From Candidatus Saccharimonadota bacterium (lineage in GTDB: Bacteria > Bacteroidota > Bacteroidia > Flavobacteriales > Blattabacteriaceae): 32,000 bases of DNA. The DNA lies in the NCBI RefSeq assembly GCF_014252315.1, contig NZ_CP059216.1, forward strand, positions 478,038 to 510,037, in the 5' to 3' direction. The position numbers and the translations under genes were made by a program. Positions 1 through 8,848 of this stretch are shown in pieces. Under the pieces are notes generated by a model. That model made no database searches. It worked only from the letters and a program-made list of their open reading frames with translations, and was not told the DNA's origin. Position 1 is the first letter of the stretch; each line of letters begins with the position of its first letter.

Positions 1-1573
1 TTTTTATAGCAAAAAAAACAATTTTTTTCATCCAGAATTATATTTACAATCTGCTATAACAGATGTAAAAAAAAAATATAATATTAATAATTCTTATAAA
101 GCATGGTATTATTTAGCAACAAATAATATTTCTGACAAAGAAGATTATAATAATATTAAAAAAATAAGAAAAAAATATAAAATTATTCCAAAAAGATTAC
201 AGATTAAAGAAACTATTGTTAGATATGAAGAAATAAATAAAATTTATTTAGAAACAATTAGTATAAATATTACATATAAAAATAAAAAATATTTAAATTT
301 CTCTAAAATAATAGATAGATCATTAATTGTACACCCAATTTGGGGTTATTTAATATTCTTATTTATTTTATTTTTTATTTTCCAATGTGTATTTTTTTGT
401 TCTGAATTTTTTAAATATTATATAGAATTTTTTTTTTCTATAATTCAAAAAAAATTAAAAATTATACATCCTGGACCTTTAAATAATTTTTTATTAGAAG
501 GAATTATTCCTGGAATAATTACTGTAATTACTTTTATTCCACAAATATCTATTCTTTTATTTTTTTTACTTCTTATGGAAGAAAGTGGATATATAAATAG
601 AGTAATTTTTTTAATGGATAGAATTATGCGTCCATTTGGATTAAGTGGAAAAAGTGTTGTTCCTCTTATATCTAGTATGGCATGTGCAATTCCAGCTATT
701 ATATCATCTAGATATATAGAAAATTCAAGAGATCGTTTAATAACAATGTTAGCTACTCCCTTCATAACTTGTTCTGCAAGATTACCTGTTTATATATTAA
801 TAATATCTTTAATAATACCAGACAAAAAATGGTATATAATACAATTAAGAGGTATAATATTGTTGTCTATGTATTTAATAGGAGTAATATTTGCATTAAC
901 TGTATCTATGATTCTTAACAAAATACTAAAAAATAATTATAACAGTCACCTTATTATAGAAATTCCAACCTATAAAATACCAATATTAAAAAATATATTT
1001 ATGAATTTATTAATTCATATAAAATCATTTATTTTTAATACTGGAAAAATTATTTTACTAATGGATATTGTAATATGGGTTTTAGGATCATATGGACCAT
1101 CATCATTTACAAATGATAAAAATAATATTTTTTATATAAAAGAACAAAACATTGATAAATCTTACCTTGGATTATTAGGTAAAAAAATAGAACCTATTAT
1201 TCATCCATTAGGATATGATTGGAAAATAGGAGTTGGATTATTATCCTCTGTAATAGCAAGAGAAGTTTTTGTAAGTACTATGAATTCTATTTATGGAATA
1301 GAAAAAAAAGAAAATATAAATCTAATAAATTCAATGAAAAAAGATATTAATTTAAATAACAATAAACCTATTTATAATTTTTCAACAGGAATGTCTTTGT
1401 TATCTTTTTATGCACTTTCTATACAATGTACAAGTACATTATATATTCTTAAAAGAGAAACAAAATCATGGAAATGGCCTGTTATTCAATTTTTTTTCAT
1501 GACTATAACCTCATATTTATTTTCTTTTCTCATTTATCAAATACTACATAATATATGTGGGATTATACAATAA
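1..1573 (+). CDS. feoB: Ferrous iron transporter FeoB, C-terminal membrane portion (5' end lies upstream of the window)
   Basis: Frame 2 is open from the window edge to the listed Met at 575, so the 332-aa track ORF is only the tail of a longer gene. It is a polytopic membrane protein with FeoB gate-region signatures: LLLMEESGYINRVIFLMDRIMRPFGLSGKSVVPLISSMACAIPAI and TCSARLPVY. Confidence 0.9.
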   Translation, partial: FYSKKNNFFHPELYLQSAITDVKKKYNINNSYKAWYYLATNNISDKEDYNNIKKIRKKYKIIPKRLQIKETIVRYEEINKIYLETISINITYKNKKYLNFSKIIDRSLIVHPIWGYLIFLFILFFIFQCVFFCSEFFKYYIEFFFSIIQKKLKIIHPGPLNNFLLEGIIPGIITVITFIPQISILLFFLLLMEESGYINRVIFLMDRIMRPFGLSGKSVVPLISSMACAIPAIISSRYIENSRDRLITMLATPFITCSARLPVYILIISLIIPDKKWYIIQLRGIILLSMYLIGVIFALTVSMILNKILKNNYNSHLIIEIPTYKIPILKNIFMNLLIHIKSFIFNTGKIILLMDIVIWVLGSYGPSSFTNDKNNIFYIKEQNIDKSYLGLLGKKIEPIIHPLGYDWKIGVGLLSSVIAREVFVSTMNSIYGIEKKENINLINSMKKDINLNNNKPIYNFSTGMSLLSFYALSIQCTSTLYILKRETKSWKWPVIQFFFMTITSYLFSFLIYQILHNICGIIQ

Positions 1574-1683
1574 TTATTATATCTTTCATTTTTTCTATTT
1601 ACTGTATATTAAAAAAAATTTTATTTTCCTTTTTTTATAAAGAAAAAAAAATGTGTAAAAAAAAATGTTATTTTAAAAAATAA
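1555..1683 (+). CDS. Candidate FeoB-associated Cys-containing small membrane protein (42 aa, not in the ORF track)
   Basis: Hand translation from ATG 1555 gives MWDYTIIIISFIFSIYCILKKILFSFFYKEKKMCKKKCYFKK, with TAA at 1681-1683. It has one hydrophobic helix followed by a Lys-rich tail containing CxxxC. It overlaps the feoB 3' end by 19 nt in another frame. Position and architecture match the small FeoB-associated Cys-rich membrane protein family. Confidence 0.5.
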   Translation: MWDYTIIIISFIFSIYCILKKILFSFFYKEKKMCKKKCYFKK

Positions 1684-1709
1684 TTTTTATTTTAATTATT
1701 TATTTTCTT

Positions 1710-2702
1710 TCATTTTTCATTATATAATAAACATGAATTTATTAAATTATGAAAAAAATCAGATAAAGATATTCCAGCTTTTTTTAATTGTTTTGGAAAT
1801 ATACTTTCTTTTGAAAAAGCTGGAATTGTATTAATTTCTAAAAAATATGGAGTATCATTAACTATAATAAAATCTAATCTAGACATTCCATTTAAATTCA
1901 ATAATTTATATATTTTTATAGAAATTTTTATTATTTTATTTTTAATATTTATTGGTAATATTGCAGGAGTTATTTCTTTAGATTTTCCAGAATATTTTGA
2001 TTCAAAATCAAAAAAATCATTTTGGCTAATAATTTCTGTTATTGGTAAAACATTAATTTTATTATTAAATGAATAAATTCCTACAGATATTTCTTTTCCT
2101 TTAAGGAAGGATTCAACAATTATTTCTTTATCTTCTAAAAAAGCTTTTTTTAATGCAGATTCAAAATTTTTTTCTTCAGTTACTTTACTTATTCCTATAC
2201 TAGATCCAGATTTACTTGGTTTTACAAAAAGAGGTAATCCTATTTCATCTATAATTTTTTTTCTACAAAAATTTTGATTTATGTTTATAAAAAAAGATTT
2301 AGATATATTAATCCCAAAATTTTTTAAAAAAATTGAACAATATTTTTTATTAAAAGTAATACTAGAATGATAAAAACCACATCCTGTATAAGGAATTTTC
2401 AATAAATCAAAATATGATTGCAAAATTCCATCCTCTCCAGGAGTTCCATGTATTATATTAAATACACAATCAAAGTTAAAATTTTTCTTTTTTATAAAAA
2501 AAGAAAAATCCTTTTTATTAATTGGATATTCCTTATTATTTATAGTTTTTACAATCCATTTATCTTTTGATATATATACTTTATAAGGATCATATTTTTT
2601 TCTACATAAATTATTAAAAATAGTGTTTCCACTATTTATAGAAATAGTAGATTCTTTTGAATATCCACCCATAACAATGGCAATTTTTTTAGTTATTTTC
2701 AT
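1710..2702 (-). CDS. ddl: D-alanine--D-alanine ligase
   Basis: 330 aa. N-terminal KIAIVMGGYSKESTISINSG, HGTPGEDGILQSYFDLLKIPYTGCG and ATP-grasp FVKPSKSGSSIGISKV are classic Ddl motifs. Confidence 0.95.
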   Translation of the reverse strand: MKITKKIAIVMGGYSKESTISINSGNTIFNNLCRKKYDPYKVYISKDKWIVKTINNKEYPINKKDFSFFIKKKNFNFDCVFNIIHGTPGEDGILQSYFDLLKIPYTGCGFYHSSITFNKKYCSIFLKNFGINISKSFFININQNFCRKKIIDEIGLPLFVKPSKSGSSIGISKVTEEKNFESALKKAFLEDKEIIVESFLKGKEISVGIYSFNNKINVLPITEIISQNDFFDFESKYSGKSKEITPAILPINIKNKIIKISIKIYKLLNLNGMSRLDFIIVNDTPYFLEINTIPAFSKESIFPKQLKKAGISLSDFFHNLINSCLLYNEK

Positions 2703-2731
2703 TATTTTTAATTTTTTTACTAATTATTTAT

Positions 2732-3523
2732 ATGAAACTAAAACATATTTTAATTATTATTATTAATATATTATTTTCCATATTTATTTTATACAAAATA
2801 ACTCAAATTACTTCAGTTTGGACTGATATGTATACAAAACATGGAACATATGTAGTTGTACCAAATTTACGATATTTTAATCTGTCTAAATCTATTTCTA
2901 TATTAAAAAAACTAGGATTAAGATATTATATAGAAAATTTACCTGATAATAATATCGTTTTTAATAAAAATAATAAAGTTATTTCTGTTAATCCAAAATC
3001 TGGAACTCATGTAAAAGAAGGAAGACGCATATCTATATGGATAGATAATAAAAGTAAAAATATTATTTTACCTAATATAATTTATAAAAATAAATATAAA
3101 GCTATAAAAATTCTTAGAAAAAAAAATATTCATATAAATAAAATTATATATATAAATAATCTTCCAAAAGAAAAAGTTTTAAAAGTTATTTTTAATAAAA
3201 AATTTATTTATCCTGGATATATAATTCCATTTTATAAAAATAAAATAACTCTATTAGTAGGAAATGGTTTAAATAAAGATAAATTAGTTATGCCTAATAT
3301 TATTGGAATGTCTTTAAATAAAGCAATTTCTATATTAAAAAATAAATCTTTTAGTTTTATAACATATCATTGCTATTATGAAATACCTAATAATTATAAA
3401 TTATATACGTATGATAATAAAAAAAACAAAGTTTTACGTCAAAATCCTTCTCCAGGAGTAATTTGTAATAAAAAAATTAATATAGAAATATGGATAAAAA
3501 ATTCCAAAAAATCTATTAAATGA
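2732..3523 (+). CDS. Membrane-anchored protein with three PASTA-like repeats and no kinase or PBP domain
   Basis: N-terminal TM helix (ILIIIINILFSIFILY) followed by three roughly 65-70 aa repeats. Each starts with (V/L/M)PN(L/I) and ends in a beta-strand such as ISIWI, ITLLV or IEIWI. Its stop overlaps the rluD start (ATGA at 3520-3523). As I recall, ddl / PASTA protein / rluD synteny is typical of Flavobacteriia. Confidence 0.6.
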   Translation: MKLKHILIIIINILFSIFILYKITQITSVWTDMYTKHGTYVVVPNLRYFNLSKSISILKKLGLRYYIENLPDNNIVFNKNNKVISVNPKSGTHVKEGRRISIWIDNKSKNIILPNIIYKNKYKAIKILRKKNIHINKIIYINNLPKEKVLKVIFNKKFIYPGYIIPFYKNKITLLVGNGLNKDKLVMPNIIGMSLNKAISILKNKSFSFITYHCYYEIPNNYKLYTYDNKKNKVLRQNPSPGVICNKKINIEIWIKNSKKSIK

Positions 3524-4515
3524 TTATTATAGCTAATAAAAATCAAATTAAAATACGTTTAGATATCTTTTTAAAAGAAAAACTTTCGTTTTTAAGTAGA
3601 AATCAAATACAAATACTTATAAAAGTAGGAAAAATATTAATTAATAATAATATTATAAAAAAAAATAATTATATAATAAAACCTTTAGATATTATTGATG
3701 TTAATATAAATTCATATGATTTAAAAAAAAATAAAAACTTATCAAACGAATATAATGATATTATAGCAAAAAAAATTAATATAAATATTATTTATGAAGA
3801 TGATGATATAATATTAATAAATAAACCACATGGATTAGTAGTTCATCCAGGATGCGGAAATGAAACAAAAACATTAATTCATGGAATTAAATATTACTAT
3901 GATTATATATTTTCAAATAATGTATACAGAGGAGGATTAGTCCATAGATTAGATAAAGATACATCTGGATTATTAATTATAGCAAAAAATAATATTTCTT
4001 ATAAATTTTTATGTAAACAATTTTTATATAAAACAATAAAAAGAGAATATATAGCATTGATATGGGGAGATGTTTCTAATAAAAAAAAAATTATTGAAGG
4101 ATTTATTAGGAGAGATCCTAATAATAGAAAAAAAATGATCAATAGTAATATAAATAAAATAGGAAAATATTCAGTAACACATTATAAAATATTAGAAATT
4201 TTTGGAAAATATATTACTTTAGTTTTATGTAATTTAGAAACAGGTAGAACTCATCAAATAAGAGTACATTTTAAATATTTAGGAAATCCAATAATTTGTG
4301 ATACAACATATGGAAAAGATGAGCATTTTATAAAAAAATTACCAAATAAATATAAATCTTTTTTCAAAAATTGTTTATACAAACTGTCTAGACAAGCATT
4401 ACATGCAATATCTATTTCATTCATTCATCCAAATGGAAAAAAATATTATTTTTCTTGTCCTATTTCAAAAGATATAAATATAATTCTAAATGAATTTAGA
4501 AATAAATTTTTATAG
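3520..4515 (+). CDS. rluD: 23S rRNA pseudouridine synthase, RluA/RluD family
   Basis: S4-like N-terminus (IRLDIFLKEKL), catalytic HRLDKDTSGLLIIAKN, and GRTHQIRVH near the C-terminus. Confidence 0.9.
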   Translation: MIIIANKNQIKIRLDIFLKEKLSFLSRNQIQILIKVGKILINNNIIKKNNYIIKPLDIIDVNINSYDLKKNKNLSNEYNDIIAKKININIIYEDDDIILINKPHGLVVHPGCGNETKTLIHGIKYYYDYIFSNNVYRGGLVHRLDKDTSGLLIIAKNNISYKFLCKQFLYKTIKREYIALIWGDVSNKKKIIEGFIRRDPNNRKKMINSNINKIGKYSVTHYKILEIFGKYITLVLCNLETGRTHQIRVHFKYLGNPIICDTTYGKDEHFIKKLPNKYKSFFKNCLYKLSRQALHAISISFIHPNGKKYYFSCPISKDINIILNEFRNKFL

Positions 4516-5868
4516 TAAAATCCCACGTAAAATATAATATGATATAGAAAAATATATTAATAATCCAATAACATCTACTAATGTAGCTACAAAAGGAGCT
4601 GAAGAACTTGCTGGATCCCCACCTAATTTTTTAATTATAAATGGTAACATTGATCCACTTATTGTACCCCAAGAAACTACTCCAATTAAAGATAAAAAAA
4701 CTGTAAATCCAATTAAAATCCAATGTTTACCATAATTAACTAAATTTATTCCATGCCATGTAACTATACGTAAAAATCCTGTAAAACCTAAAAAACTACC
4801 TAAAAAAAAACCACAAATAATTTCTCTTCTCATTACTATCCACCAATCCTTTATTTTAACTTCTCCTAAAGCCATTGCTTGAATAATCAAACTTGAAGCT
4901 TGAGATCCACTATTACCTCCACTAGAGACTACTAATGGTATAAATAATGATAATACTATAGCTTTTTCTATAAACCAAGAAAATTTATGCATTACTGTAG
5001 TAGTTAACATTTCTCCCATAAAAAGTAATATTAACCATCCAGCTCTTTTCTTTATCAAATTATATAATGGTATCTTCAAATAAGATTGATTAATAACCTC
5101 CATACCTCCCATTTTTTGAAAATCTTCTTTATAATTTTCATTTAATACCCATAATATATCGTCAATAGTTACTATACCTAATAAATAATTTTGATCATCT
5201 ACTACAGGCAATGATACTCTATTATTCATTGAAAATATTTTAGTAGCTTTTTCTTCTGTATCAGTTACTTTTAAAACTGAAATATATTTACTATCATCTA
5301 TTAATTTAGAAACTCTTGTATTTGGATCAACTAATAAAAATTCTCCTAATTTTATATCGTTTATTAATTTACCTTTGTTATCTACTATATAAATAATTTC
5401 TATAACATCACTATTTTTTACTTCTTTTCTGATATAAATCAAAACTTCTTCTATTTTCCAATCTTTTTTAACTGCAATGTTATATGGAACCATTAAACGT
5501 CCTACACTATTTTCAGGATATCCTAAAGATACTAATGTTTTTTTTTTTTCTTCAGTATTTAAATATTTAATTAAATCTTTTAAAAATATTTTAGGAAGAT
5601 TTTCTAAAAAAGAAACACGATCATCTACAGATAGATAATTTAAAAATTCTCTTCTTTTAGTATGAGAAAAATTTTCTATAAGTTTTTTTTTTATAGGAAA
5701 ATCCAAAAATTTAAATACATATTTAGCTTTTTGTAATTTTAATAAACTAAATATATCAACTATATCATCCGGATTATTATGTACAAGTTTTACTAATACA
5801 TTTATAGTTTGATTATTTAAAAATTTTTTGTTTAAAAAACTATTTTTATCTTCATTTTCATTAAACAT
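4510..5868 (-). CDS. mgtE: Magnesium transporter MgtE
   Basis: 452 aa with an MgtE N-domain, tandem CBS region (LPVVDDQNYLLGIVTIDDIL) and C-terminal 5-TM domain. It carries GGNSGSQASS and the PFVATLVDVIGLLIYF MgtE signature. Confidence 0.93.
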   Translation of the reverse strand: MFNENEDKNSFLNKKFLNNQTINVLVKLVHNNPDDIVDIFSLLKLQKAKYVFKFLDFPIKKKLIENFSHTKRREFLNYLSVDDRVSFLENLPKIFLKDLIKYLNTEEKKKTLVSLGYPENSVGRLMVPYNIAVKKDWKIEEVLIYIRKEVKNSDVIEIIYIVDNKGKLINDIKLGEFLLVDPNTRVSKLIDDSKYISVLKVTDTEEKATKIFSMNNRVSLPVVDDQNYLLGIVTIDDILWVLNENYKEDFQKMGGMEVINQSYLKIPLYNLIKKRAGWLILLFMGEMLTTTVMHKFSWFIEKAIVLSLFIPLVVSSGGNSGSQASSLIIQAMALGEVKIKDWWIVMRREIICGFFLGSFLGFTGFLRIVTWHGINLVNYGKHWILIGFTVFLSLIGVVSWGTISGSMLPFIIKKLGGDPASSSAPFVATLVDVIGLLIYFSISYYILRGILL

Positions 5869-5998
5869 TTCTATATTTATTTTTTAATTTTTTTAATAAA
5901 ATTACATTATTATATATGTATATGTCTATATATATTTTTTTAAAATTTAAAAAATTACATAATAAACAACAATAAAAATTATTTTTAATAAAAATATA

Positions 5999-8770
5999 AT
6001 GAAATATAATTTTCAAGAAATAGAAAAAAAATGGAATACATATTGGAAAAAACATAAAACTTTCCATATTAAGGAAAATAAAAAAAATAAATATTATATA
6101 TTAAATATGTTTCCTTATCCATCAGGATCAGGATTACATGTAGGACATTGTTTAGGTTATATAGCTTCTGATATTTATGCAAGATATAAAAGAGGAAAAG
6201 GCTTTAATGTACTACATCCAATAGGATTTGATTCTTTTGGATTACCTGCAGAACAATATGCTATTCAAACTGGTAAAAATCCTAAAAAAACATCATATGA
6301 AAATGAAGTTAGATATCAAAAACAAATAAATAATATTGGAATATCATTTGATTGGAGTAGAAAATTAAGTACTAGAAATCCATTATATTATAAATGGACT
6401 CAATGGATGTTCATAGAAATTTTTAATTCTTGGTATGATAAAAATGAAGATAAAGCTAAATCTATAGGATTATTAATTAAAGAATTTGAAAATAATGGTA
6501 ATTATTTAACAAAAGCATATACATCATACATTAAAAAATTTGATTCAAAAACATGGAAAAAATATAATAAATACGAAAAAGAAAAAATTCTTCAAAATTA
6601 TCGTTTAGCTTTTTTATTTGATAGTATAGTTAATTGGTGTCCTGAACTAAATACTGTTTTAGCTAATGAAGAAGTTAATAATGGAAAAAGTATAAGAGGA
6701 GGATTTTCTGTATATAAAAAAAAAATGTTACAATGGAACATAAGAGTTAGTGCATATTCAAAAAGACTTATAAATGGATTGAATACAATAAAATGTTCTA
6801 AATCTCTTAAAAAAATCCAATCCAATTGGATTGGAAAATCCAAAATATGTACAATTATAGCAGAAATTGCAAATAATAATATTAAATTAGAAATTCCTAT
6901 TTATTATCCAGAATTAATATTCGGAATTACTTTTATTGTATTATCTAAAAATCATTTTCTTTCAAAAAAAATAAATTCTTTATGTAATAAACAAACATTA
7001 ATTAATAATAACATTTTATATAAAAAATTTTTAAATACATCATCTGATATTGGAATATTAACGGATAATTATATATTGCATCCTATTACAAAAAAATGTA
7101 TACCAATTTTTATCAGTGATTTTTTCTACTCAAAAAATGAATTACATGTTATAAAAGCTGGAATACCTGAACATGAAAAAGATAGTATGTTTTTTTCCAA
7201 AATATTTAATTTAGAAACTATACCTGTATTAAAAGTAATAAATAAAAATGAATTTTGTATTAATTCATTGTTTATAAATAAATTAAATAGATATGAAGCA
7301 AGAAAAAAAATTTTAAAATTTATTGTTGAAAAACAAATAGGAAAAATTAAAACATATTATAAATTACGTGATGCAATTTTTTCTAGACAAAGATATTGGG
7401 GTGAGCCAATTCCAATATATTTTAAAAATAAAATTCCAATATCAATTCCAAAAAAAAAATTACCTATTATATTACCAGTAATAAAAAATTATTATCCAAA
7501 AGACGGAAAATCTGCGTTACAGAGAGCAAAAAATTGGGCTTGGGATGAAACAAAAAAAAAAATAGTATCTAATAATTTAATTGATTATAAAAATATTTTT
7601 CCAATAGAAACTAGTACTATGCCTAGTTGGGCTGGATCAAGTTGGTATTTTTTACGTTATATGGATGTTCATAATAACAAATTTTTTTTAGATGCAAAAA
7701 AAGAAAAATATTGGAAAAATGTTGATTTATATATTGGCGGAGCTGAACATGGAACCGGTCATTTGATTTACGCAAGATTTTGGAATAAATTTTTAAAAGA
7801 TAGAGGATGGATAAACGAAGAAGAACCATTCAAAAAAATATTAAATCAAGGAATGATTTTAAGTTACTCTGCTATAATTTTAAAAGTTATTGGAAAAAGA
7901 ATTTTTGTATCTTACGAATTAAAAGAAAAAAAAAAAGATTTATTTACATATCAAGAAATGTATATAGATATATCTTTTATAAAAGAAAATAATCAGTTAA
8001 ATATAGATAAATTTAAAAAATATAATAACGAATTTATGCATGCTTCATTTTTAATGGAAAAAGGAGTCTTTTTATGTAAAAGAAAGTTAGAAAAAATGTC
8101 TAAATCTAAATTTAATGTAATAAATCCTGATCATATATATTATAAATATGGATCTGATGTTTTCAGAATGTATGAAATGTTTTTAGGCCCTATAAATCAA
8201 TCTAAATCTTGGAATGAAGAAAAAATAATAGGAGTAAAAAACTTTATTAATAAATTTTGGAAATTATATCATATAAATGGAAATTTTAATGTATGTAAAG
8301 ATCCTCCAACATTTAAAGAAATGCAGATTTTACATTCTTTTATTAAAGATATAGATAATAAAATAAAAAAATTTTCTTTTAACACATGTATTAGTTCTTT
8401 TATGATTATTGTAAATAAACTAATTAAAATTAAATGTAATAAAGAAAAAATACTTGAACCATTAGTAAAATTAATATCACCATTTGCTCCTTATATTGCT
8501 GAAGAATTATGGAATAAATTAGGAAAAAAAAAATCTATTGTATATTCATATATTCCTACTTATAATTCTAAATATATTGAAAAAAAAGTAAAATATATTA
8601 TTATGTTTAATGGAAAATTAAAATTTATAAAAAATTTTAATTCTAAATATTCAATAGATGAAATAAAAAATATAGTTTTAAATGATTATGAAATAAAAAA
8701 TCTTTTGAAAAAAAAAAAATTGAAAAAATTAATTATAATACCAAAAAAAATAATAAATATATTATATTGA
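5999..8770 (+). CDS. leuS: Leucine--tRNA ligase
   Basis: 923 aa with HIGH motif (PYPSGSGLHVGH), KMSKS motif (KMSKSK), WCPELNTVLANEEV and RQRYWGEPIP. It is collinear with E. coli LeuRS as recalled. The CP1 editing motifs are degenerate (see findings). Confidence 0.97.
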   Translation: MKYNFQEIEKKWNTYWKKHKTFHIKENKKNKYYILNMFPYPSGSGLHVGHCLGYIASDIYARYKRGKGFNVLHPIGFDSFGLPAEQYAIQTGKNPKKTSYENEVRYQKQINNIGISFDWSRKLSTRNPLYYKWTQWMFIEIFNSWYDKNEDKAKSIGLLIKEFENNGNYLTKAYTSYIKKFDSKTWKKYNKYEKEKILQNYRLAFLFDSIVNWCPELNTVLANEEVNNGKSIRGGFSVYKKKMLQWNIRVSAYSKRLINGLNTIKCSKSLKKIQSNWIGKSKICTIIAEIANNNIKLEIPIYYPELIFGITFIVLSKNHFLSKKINSLCNKQTLINNNILYKKFLNTSSDIGILTDNYILHPITKKCIPIFISDFFYSKNELHVIKAGIPEHEKDSMFFSKIFNLETIPVLKVINKNEFCINSLFINKLNRYEARKKILKFIVEKQIGKIKTYYKLRDAIFSRQRYWGEPIPIYFKNKIPISIPKKKLPIILPVIKNYYPKDGKSALQRAKNWAWDETKKKIVSNNLIDYKNIFPIETSTMPSWAGSSWYFLRYMDVHNNKFFLDAKKEKYWKNVDLYIGGAEHGTGHLIYARFWNKFLKDRGWINEEEPFKKILNQGMILSYSAIILKVIGKRIFVSYELKEKKKDLFTYQEMYIDISFIKENNQLNIDKFKKYNNEFMHASFLMEKGVFLCKRKLEKMSKSKFNVINPDHIYYKYGSDVFRMYEMFLGPINQSKSWNEEKIIGVKNFINKFWKLYHINGNFNVCKDPPTFKEMQILHSFIKDIDNKIKKFSFNTCISSFMIIVNKLIKIKCNKEKILEPLVKLISPFAPYIAEELWNKLGKKKSIVYSYIPTYNSKYIEKKVKYIIMFNGKLKFIKNFNSKYSIDEIKNIVLNDYEIKNLLKKKKLKKLIIIPKKIINILY

Positions 8771-8848
8771 AAATCAATTAAATGAATCATAATAATGTAA
8801 TAATTATTTTATATTATCTAATACAATAAATGTGTAAAACACTTTTTT

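Noticed and set aside
445-765. 106-aa minus-strand ORF inside feoB, and the similar short antisense or overlapping ORFs at 5861-6067, 6598-6843, 7623-7829, 7807-7992, 10284-10505, 15681-15887, 19340-19591, 20862-21077, 24073-24258 and 25381-25572
   Set aside because: All lie within or antisense to long, motif-supported genes (5861-6067 spans the mgtE-leuS spacer and overlaps both gene starts). They have low-complexity Ile/Phe/Lys-rich translations typical of chance frames in AT-rich DNA, and they have no family signatures.
3520-3523. Possible UGA-to-Trp recoding, as in some tiny symbiont genomes
   Set aside because: TGA functions as a stop here: the PASTA protein ends at an ATGA overlap with rluD. 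All conserved genes are full-length under the standard bacterial code, and Trp positions I checked by hand (for example WGEPIP in LeuRS at 7398-7400) use TGG.
5869-5998. Possible M-box (Mg) riboswitch upstream of mgtE, or a leader upstream of divergent leuS
   Set aside because: The spacer is 130 bp and almost devoid of G/C, so it cannot form the structured M-box fold. No conserved riboswitch core is visible.
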